Positions 58,341 through 64,000 of a stretch of 64,000 nucleotides of DNA are shown here, piece after piece. The notes below the pieces were generated by a model, which saw nothing but the letters and a program-made list of their open reading frames with translations, was not told where the DNA came from and searched no databases. The stretch spans positions 69,751 through 133,750 of the forward strand of contig CAZCCI010000001.1 of the NCBI GenBank assembly GCA_964497255.1. Reading direction: 5' to 3'. Source of the stretch: an uncultured Staphylococcus sp. (GTDB lineage Bacteria; Bacteroidota; Bacteroidia; Bacteroidales; Muribaculaceae). How positions within the stretch are numbered: position 1 is the stretch's first letter; every line of letters starts with the position of its first letter. The position numbers were made by a program, and so were the translations under genes.

Positions 58341-59453
58341 TTATACGCTCTGTTTCAAAAGTTGTTCTCTGGTCTGGTTGATTGCATTGTGATAGGCCTC
58401 CATCTGAGACGGGAAGTATTCCTCAAGCCACTCATCCTTGCCGATTAGGTCACGGATAAAATTGACGGCTATCTGACGCTCTATCTCGATGGCTGCCTCG
58501 CCACTTTCGGAATTGTTGAACCATGCTTTGGTAAACCACCGTATCCCGAAACGGTCGGGATAGACGCTCACCATCCTCGGGATGTCGAAACTCTGTATGT
58601 CTATATCCCAGTCGGCAAGCGGGTCTATCGTCCCCTGGCTTAGTACGGCTGACTCATGGACTTTTTTTTTTAAGCCGTCGGCCAATGTCGAGAGATAGAT
58701 CTGCTGGCGGATTGCGAGATAGTTCAGAAAGTCGCCGATGAGCAGGTTCTGCGCCTTGCAAGCCAATGGAACCGAGGATTCGTCAAGGCCTCCGGGATTA
58801 CCGAGATGCGGAATGGTGCGGAAAAAGAACTGTCTGACAGCCGCCCAGGAGAATATATTCCTCAATGACATTTCCGTCTGAGAGGGCAACAGATAGTCAC
58901 CGTTGGCGAGGTCGGCAAGATATGACGGATACCACCGGAGCATGAGTCTCTCTATTTCCTCACGGTCTTCGTCATAATTTGTCGGCACATCCATGTCGAT
59001 GGTCTCGAACTCGGGTGTGGCGATCTTTCCGGTCTGGAGAAGCATCTTGATGTTGCCGTAGATCATTGTCAGGAACTCCATCGGATTTATCTCCTCGTCT
59101 TGATATTTCACTTCTATGTGAAGCGAGTCACCGGCCATTCCTACGACTGTCCCTGCTTTGACTTTCTGGTCAACCTGCGCGAAGCGGGTCTTGAGGCAGA
59201 AGTAGGTCACAAGGTAGTCGCCATGCCGGAGCATCAGCGTGGCACCGCTGCGGTCGTTCATCGCGCCGCATACCTGTCCGTCTGCTACTGCGGCAATCAG
59301 GAAGTTGCGAGTCTTGAAGTCAACACCGTGGTTGAATATGCCTTCGGGATTCTCTCCGTATGGCTTGATTATTTCCACTCTTCCCTTCTTTTCCTCAAAG
59401 GGCATGGAGTATCCTGATTTGGAACACAGGTTTGAGTTTTGGTTATAGTTCAT
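58341..59453 (-). CDS. M23-like peptidase domain protein (possibly inactive)
   Basis: FNHGVDF, AAVADGQV, but TYFCL and SLHIE in place of YxHL and HLH. Confidence 0.7.
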   Translation of the reverse strand: MNYNQNSNLCSKSGYSMPFEEKKGRVEIIKPYGENPEGIFNHGVDFKTRNFLIAAVADGQVCGAMNDRSGATLMLRHGDYLVTYFCLKTRFAQVDQKVKAGTVVGMAGDSLHIEVKYQDEEINPMEFLTMIYGNIKMLLQTGKIATPEFETIDMDVPTNYDEDREEIERLMLRWYPSYLADLANGDYLLPSQTEMSLRNIFSWAAVRQFFFRTIPHLGNPGGLDESSVPLACKAQNLLIGDFLNYLAIRQQIYLSTLADGLKKKVHESAVLSQGTIDPLADWDIDIQSFDIPRMVSVYPDRFGIRWFTKAWFNNSESGEAAIEIERQIAVNFIRDLIGKDEWLEEYFPSQMEAYHNAINQTREQLLKQSV

Positions 59454-59463
59454 TTTCGATAGT

Positions 59464-60111
59464 TTATCTTCTGATTACAGGTCTTTGTGGCTGTTCTTGC
59501 TGCGGTTGCTCCTTTTGGGCTTCGGGAGCGTCCTGCCTCCAGTCGTTTTGTCTCTGCGGTTGCTGTTGCACCACTCGGGAGTTGTTGCCTATAAGCAGCA
59601 TACCGAGCAATGCGCCGGCAATCTTGCCGAGCCAACCGAAGCGTCCGAATATCAGCAGTGCCGAGGCAACAAGGCCGAGCATGGACATCATAGACACCTT
59701 TCCGTTGAAAATGTTGCTGAACAGGTTGCCGAACATGTTGGCTCCGTTGCCTGAGTTGAGATTGCTGAAGAACTGGCCTATGCCTCCCCACGATGAAGCG
59801 GTGTTGTTGACATTGTTGACGGCATCAGTCACTCCTCCAATGGCGTCTCTGGCAGCCCCGATGGTATCGCCGACGGCACCCACGGTGCCATGAACCGTGT
59901 CCTTTACGGCTGCATTGGTTTCCTCGCCGAGAACCGTCTCGCCGACAGTCTGCATCACAGGCTTGTCGTTTATGAGTGCCTCCCAACCGACATAGCCCAC
60001 ACCGGCTCCGACAGTTGCGGTCTTGATAGCCCTGCCAGTCCCAGCGAGAGTGCGTTGGGGATGCACTATGGGTGCGGACACCCATTTCAATACTGAACTC
60101 CATTTACCCAT
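59464..60111 (-). CDS. Gly-rich membrane protein
   Basis: MLGLVASALLIFGRFGWLGKIAGALLGMLLIG. Confidence 0.75.
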   Translation of the reverse strand: MGKWSSVLKWVSAPIVHPQRTLAGTGRAIKTATVGAGVGYVGWEALINDKPVMQTVGETVLGEETNAAVKDTVHGTVGAVGDTIGAARDAIGGVTDAVNNVNNTASSWGGIGQFFSNLNSGNGANMFGNLFSNIFNGKVSMMSMLGLVASALLIFGRFGWLGKIAGALLGMLLIGNNSRVVQQQPQRQNDWRQDAPEAQKEQPQQEQPQRPVIRR

Positions 60112-60113
60112 TG

Positions 60114-60965
60114 TTATCTGGTTTTCTTTGGTTTGACTGTAATAATTGTTGAGTCTCTTAACGCCGGCTCAAACGGTTCTATCGGTTTCACTATCAGTGA
60201 GTCCTTTATCCACGGCTTCGGAGGTCGTATCCACGGGCCAATAATCCACTGGTTATTGCCGTTACCGGAACCGCTGCCTCCGCTTCCCGGATTGATGTTG
60301 ACCCTGCCGTTCTGTCGCCACCGGCGGAAGGCGGCATCCGTGATGCTCCCTTTGTCAATAGGGTCGCGGGCCCTGTTGTCAAGTTCAAGCCACACATCGT
60401 TGAGCGAAGTGTATTTTACGGCTCGTGCCAGACGGGATAGCTTCCGGTTCATCACTTTCAGCTTTGGCCGGATTCCAAATACTATTTCCACACGCTGCTT
60501 CTCGGTCATTTTTATATCGGAGAGGCATACCTGCCGGATGTCGTTGACTATATCCACCGATGTCATGATCAGTTCCCGGTATATGGTGTTCCTCTTTGGA
60601 GTGAGTGCCACGGCCAGCGCATTTGTCGGCGACTGTCTCAACTGCCGGGTCAACTGCCCGAAGTTCTCTGTCAGCCGACCGACTTCATGATAGAATCCGT
60701 ATATCTGGGCCGCATACACGATGATGTCGTTGAAGCGATCGAGATACTCGTTGTATTTCCGTTGCAGGTCGGTGGTCGCTTCCACTTCCTCCTTTGTCCA
60801 GATATGGCCTGTGGTCATCAGCAGCATCGCCGATTCCTGACTTTTAAGGGCTTTCTTCGCCTTGTCGTCATAGAGAAGTATCATCCCGGCGAGTGTCGGG
60901 TCAATCTGTGCCGAAGCCTTGAAAACCGATAGGATTATAAGTGCGAAAAGAAGTATTTTTTTCAT
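60114..60965 (-). CDS. Secreted helical protein, possible conjugation (VirB5/TrbJ-like) component
   Basis: Signal peptide ending SAQIDP; paralogous to next ORF. Confidence 0.55.
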   Translation of the reverse strand: MKKILLFALIILSVFKASAQIDPTLAGMILLYDDKAKKALKSQESAMLLMTTGHIWTKEEVEATTDLQRKYNEYLDRFNDIIVYAAQIYGFYHEVGRLTENFGQLTRQLRQSPTNALAVALTPKRNTIYRELIMTSVDIVNDIRQVCLSDIKMTEKQRVEIVFGIRPKLKVMNRKLSRLARAVKYTSLNDVWLELDNRARDPIDKGSITDAAFRRWRQNGRVNINPGSGGSGSGNGNNQWIIGPWIRPPKPWIKDSLIVKPIEPFEPALRDSTIITVKPKKTR

Positions 60966-61660
60966 GGATGTATCGACTGTGCCACTCGTTTCCAGCGGGC
61001 TTTTGCCTGTCGCGCTATAGTCGCGTTGTCACGGTCAATCATTCCGGCTGTGGCGTTGGCCCATACATCGTTGAAGGTGTAATACCGTATGCTCAGGGTG
61101 AGCCGCTGCAGTTTCTTGTGGAAGCTGTGCAGTCTGTCGTTCAATGCCCAGAGTGTCTGGCTCCTTTCCTCGCCGGTCAGCATATTCTTCAAGCCACCTT
61201 CTGCAACGGCATTCTTGAGCAATGTATATACCGACACCATTTCGGTTGCTGTCTCTATATAGAGATTGTTCATGCTCATGGACGCCACGATGCCTTGCGG
61301 GTTGTCTCCGATTGCCTTTTTCAGTTTCGTGAGGGAAATGAAGATGCGCACCCCTTCGTTGTATAGGGATGTGGACGCTTTGAGGCTCGATGCGTAGCCG
61401 TCAACTTTCTGAAGGTAGTTGCTGTACTGTTTCTCCCATTCATGAATCTTGGTGAACTCTGCGGCGATGGTGTTCTGCAAGGCGGCTGTCGATAGCTGGT
61501 TCTCGGTCTCTTTCTTGACCTGACCGTTGATTGCCTCGTTGCCCTCTGCCAGCGCTGCCCACTCCAAAGGGTTGGCGACAACGATGCTCTGGGCACCTCC
61601 CTCAAACGAGGCAAGACCCAGCGCGATTGCGAGTATGGATTTAGCGATTGGTAATCTCAT
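60962..61660 (-). CDS. Secreted helical protein, possible conjugation (VirB5/TrbJ-like) component
   Basis: AQSIVVANPLEWAALAEGN; C-terminus similar to 60114 ORF. Confidence 0.55.
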   Translation of the reverse strand: MRLPIAKSILAIALGLASFEGGAQSIVVANPLEWAALAEGNEAINGQVKKETENQLSTAALQNTIAAEFTKIHEWEKQYSNYLQKVDGYASSLKASTSLYNEGVRIFISLTKLKKAIGDNPQGIVASMSMNNLYIETATEMVSVYTLLKNAVAEGGLKNMLTGEERSQTLWALNDRLHSFHKKLQRLTLSIRYYTFNDVWANATAGMIDRDNATIARQAKARWKRVAQSIHP

Positions 61661-62126
61661 AAATTCCTTTTCTTCGTTTGTTGTATTCAACTCTTTCTCT
61701 AAGTGTTTGCACAAGGGGATAGCCCAATGATATGCCCGGTATTCTCAGCCGGGGTGTTGTCCTGTCACCGGAATGGACTGTCACGGTCTTTATGTCAAGG
61801 AGATTCTGGATGAAGCTGACATCTTCATGGAAGTCGATGACACGGTAAAGCTCGATGAACTCAACTTTCCGGTTGAAGACTCCGTGATGATATATTATCT
61901 GCTCATCTGTGATAGTGAACTTCATCAGCCTCAGATACAGAAGCATATAAAACAGATGCAGTGTCATGGCTATCATCAGCACAAGAATGACCGGCGGTAG
62001 CTCTGAATCAAAGTAGAGACAGTAACCGATGATGTTGACGGCTATCCATCCGAATTTATCTGTCACCCATTGCAGGAAAGATGGTCGGAGGGTTATCGTT
62101 CCGAAAGTTGAAGCTGGTAAGCTCAT
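61641..62126 (-). CDS. Bacterial PH-domain membrane protein
   Basis: Two TM segments then FTITDEQIIYHHGVFNRKVEFIELYRVID. Confidence 0.75.
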   Translation of the reverse strand: MSLPASTFGTITLRPSFLQWVTDKFGWIAVNIIGYCLYFDSELPPVILVLMIAMTLHLFYMLLYLRLMKFTITDEQIIYHHGVFNRKVEFIELYRVIDFHEDVSFIQNLLDIKTVTVHSGDRTTPRLRIPGISLGYPLVQTLRERVEYNKRRKGIYEITNR

Positions 62127-63574
62127 CGTTTCAGCCCTCCTTGCCTTTCTTCTTTAATTTCAGCAGATTCTTCTTGTTTGGGTATATCTCGCAACTGATC
62201 GTTCCAGTCCTTGTAACGTGGGTCACATGGCTCATATATAATTTTACGCTCCACAGTTGGCCAGACAGGGAATACTTTCTTCATCTCAGCTAAATATTTC
62301 TGTTTCGCGTCGCGTAGCTGTTCCCTCAGCTCATCAAGTTCTTCTTTACAAACAAGACCTGACTGCCTTGATGAATAACATTCCTCACTCAGAGATTCAT
62401 ACTTGTCATATGCTTTTCCGGCTTCTCCGACAAGTAATACGGCTTCTCCTGACAGAACATCATCCGCATGCATTATCGAATCAACATATGGTTGCCATTC
62501 GGAAGGATACGGAGCAGCTTCTTCAATACCAAGCTCTTTGGCTATTGCATCAAAATTAAAGTCGTCCATGCGAAACTCATAACTGTCTTTCATATCCGAA
62601 ATTTTCAATATGCCATCGTCTGTTATTACAGTTGTAAAATTGTTCCTGCTTTTGGTAAGGGCGAAGTTTACGGCAAATAACTGCCCGGCCCGGTCCCTGT
62701 CAAAACAAAGATGATGTTCGGCCTGAGGAGCTTCTCTGAATACTCCCTGAAACTGTTCTTTACTCGGAGAACCTGAGGTAGATATGAATGTTGCGTCATC
62801 GAGACTGCCATTACGGGAATTGAGCTGATAATAGGACATCGCATCGTAGGCACTTTCAAACCAGTAAATAGAGCGTACTGCGTTAAGTGACCTCCCGGAT
62901 GGATTGGCAATCCATAGTCCGTGTGTGGCATCAGAACCTGTTGCCATCCCTTTGAAGGTGGTCTTGCCCTCCTTGTTGGGGAAGCCTCTCAGCTCCATCC
63001 CGACAACCGTCTTGCTGCCCGGGATAGTGAGAGGGAACGACAAGTTGCCGAACTGCTTGCCGTCATCACGTTTTTTATATGACACTTTCATGTACGGTTC
63101 AAATGCTTCCTGCGTCGATTTGCCGATACCTCTTGCTATCAGGAATTTTGCAATGAGGTAAGGATGACAGCTGAACTCGTAGTCCATGAGGGTGAACGGC
63201 TTACGCTCCCTGACGGGGTCAAGGATGCGTGTCTGCCTCTCTTCCAAAGGTTGGTTGAGAAGCCTGTGGCAGACCACGTTCACAAGACGGTCAAGAGACA
63301 TACCCGGCCGGTAGTCGGCGAAGAAATGCGGATGTTCCTTGATGAAGGATATGATGTTGTAATTCTTGCGCTCCGGCGGCTGAAAGCAGCACATTCCGTT
63401 TGCCGACACTATGAACTTGTCACCGCTGACCCTGCGTCCGTCGCTGCCCAGACGGACATACGAGGGATAGCGCAGGCCATCCCTGCGGTTCAGATGATAG
63501 CCGGCGTCCTGCAGGACTTCCTGGATTGAAAGTCTTGCCTTAAAATCCTCGTATGTCAGTTTAGGTAATGCCAT
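62123..63574 (-). CDS. Toprim-domain DNA primase-like protein
   Basis: WFESAYDAMSY, STSG, LCFDRDRAG, YKDWNDQL. Confidence 0.85.
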   Translation of the reverse strand: MALPKLTYEDFKARLSIQEVLQDAGYHLNRRDGLRYPSYVRLGSDGRRVSGDKFIVSANGMCCFQPPERKNYNIISFIKEHPHFFADYRPGMSLDRLVNVVCHRLLNQPLEERQTRILDPVRERKPFTLMDYEFSCHPYLIAKFLIARGIGKSTQEAFEPYMKVSYKKRDDGKQFGNLSFPLTIPGSKTVVGMELRGFPNKEGKTTFKGMATGSDATHGLWIANPSGRSLNAVRSIYWFESAYDAMSYYQLNSRNGSLDDATFISTSGSPSKEQFQGVFREAPQAEHHLCFDRDRAGQLFAVNFALTKSRNNFTTVITDDGILKISDMKDSYEFRMDDFNFDAIAKELGIEEAAPYPSEWQPYVDSIMHADDVLSGEAVLLVGEAGKAYDKYESLSEECYSSRQSGLVCKEELDELREQLRDAKQKYLAEMKKVFPVWPTVERKIIYEPCDPRYKDWNDQLRDIPKQEESAEIKEERQGGLKR

Positions 63575-63589
63575 AGATAAGAGTCATGG

Positions 63590-64000
63590 TTAAAAGCCTT
63601 GACCGCGATGGGGTTCCTGCGGCCGTGGCTGGTTGATTATTGCGTCGAAGTTCCTTGCGGCGACATCCTCGGGAGTATCCACGCCCGGCTTGAAGTAAGG
63701 TCTGGGGCTGGGGCCTCCGCCGTAAAACTCGGGACGCGGACGCGATGCCGCCCCGAGCACTACGGCTCCGACTGTCAGTGCCGTGAGTATGCCGGCACCA
63801 ATCTTGGCACCGTTATTGGTGGACTGGATATCCTTCATATCCACTTCGGAGAAGATTTTGGAGAACATCTTCATTCGCTGGAGGTCGTTGACGGCAAGGA
63901 ACTTGTTGTAGTCCTTCTGCGATATCTCATGCGTTATCACCTCGCCGTTGATTACCGCTGTCATGGAATACTTCATTTCCGAAGAGCCTTTGTCCTTTCC
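63590..64000 (-). CDS. C-terminal part of a hypothetical protein (starts beyond window)
   Basis: Frame is open to window edge; RPYFKPGV motif. Confidence 0.6.
   Translation of the reverse strand, partial: GKDKGSSEMKYSMTAVINGEVITHEISQKDYNKFLAVNDLQRMKMFSKIFSEVDMKDIQSTNNGAKIGAGILTALTVGAVVLGAASRPRPEFYGGGPSPRPYFKPGVDTPEDVAARNFDAIINQPRPQEPHRGQGF

Larger units (their letters stand above)
15023..64000. mobile_element. Integrative conjugative/mobilisable element, apparently inserted at the 3' end of mnmE; right end outside window
   Basis: Xis/Int immediately after mnmE, SSB/ParB/DarB-like/ArdC cargo, MOBV relaxase, toprim primase, wall hydrolases; no return to housekeeping genes. Confidence 0.85.

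Noticed and set aside
15023-64000. Antibiotic-resistance, reverse-transcriptase (DGR/retron) or tRNA genes
   Set aside because: No matching motifs found in the ORF track or by scanning intergenic regions.

Overview
Bacteroidales (Muribaculaceae/Prevotella-like) chromosome segment. Bases 1-15022 are housekeeping: the 3' part of purL, etfB-etfA-acyl-CoA dehydrogenase, a complete glycine-cleavage operon (lplA-gcvT-gcvH-gcvPA-gcvPB-lpdA), a DUF4924-like gene and mnmE. From the 3' end of mnmE to beyond the window edge lies an integrative conjugative/mobilisable element. It carries a multi-HTH Xis-like gene and tyrosine integrase, then about 24 kb of + strand 'leading-region' cargo (SSBs, DarB-like methylase-helicase, ParB, PRTase-SLOG, AbiE-type TA, many small acidic ORFs), a candidate oriT with a MOBV relaxase, and a - strand transfer/establishment module (peptidoglycan hydrolases, two ArdC paralogues, toprim primase). 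The most striking feature is an array of ten 130-220 nt imperfect hairpins, each directly in front of a leading-region operon. In each, the left arm carries an inverted Bacteroidetes sigma-A promoter (TTG-N17-22-nAnnTTYG on the - strand; spacer irregular in one copy). This geometry is what single-stranded-DNA (Frpo-like) promoters would need to fire from the incoming T-strand. All calls are by eye; no database search or folding was run.
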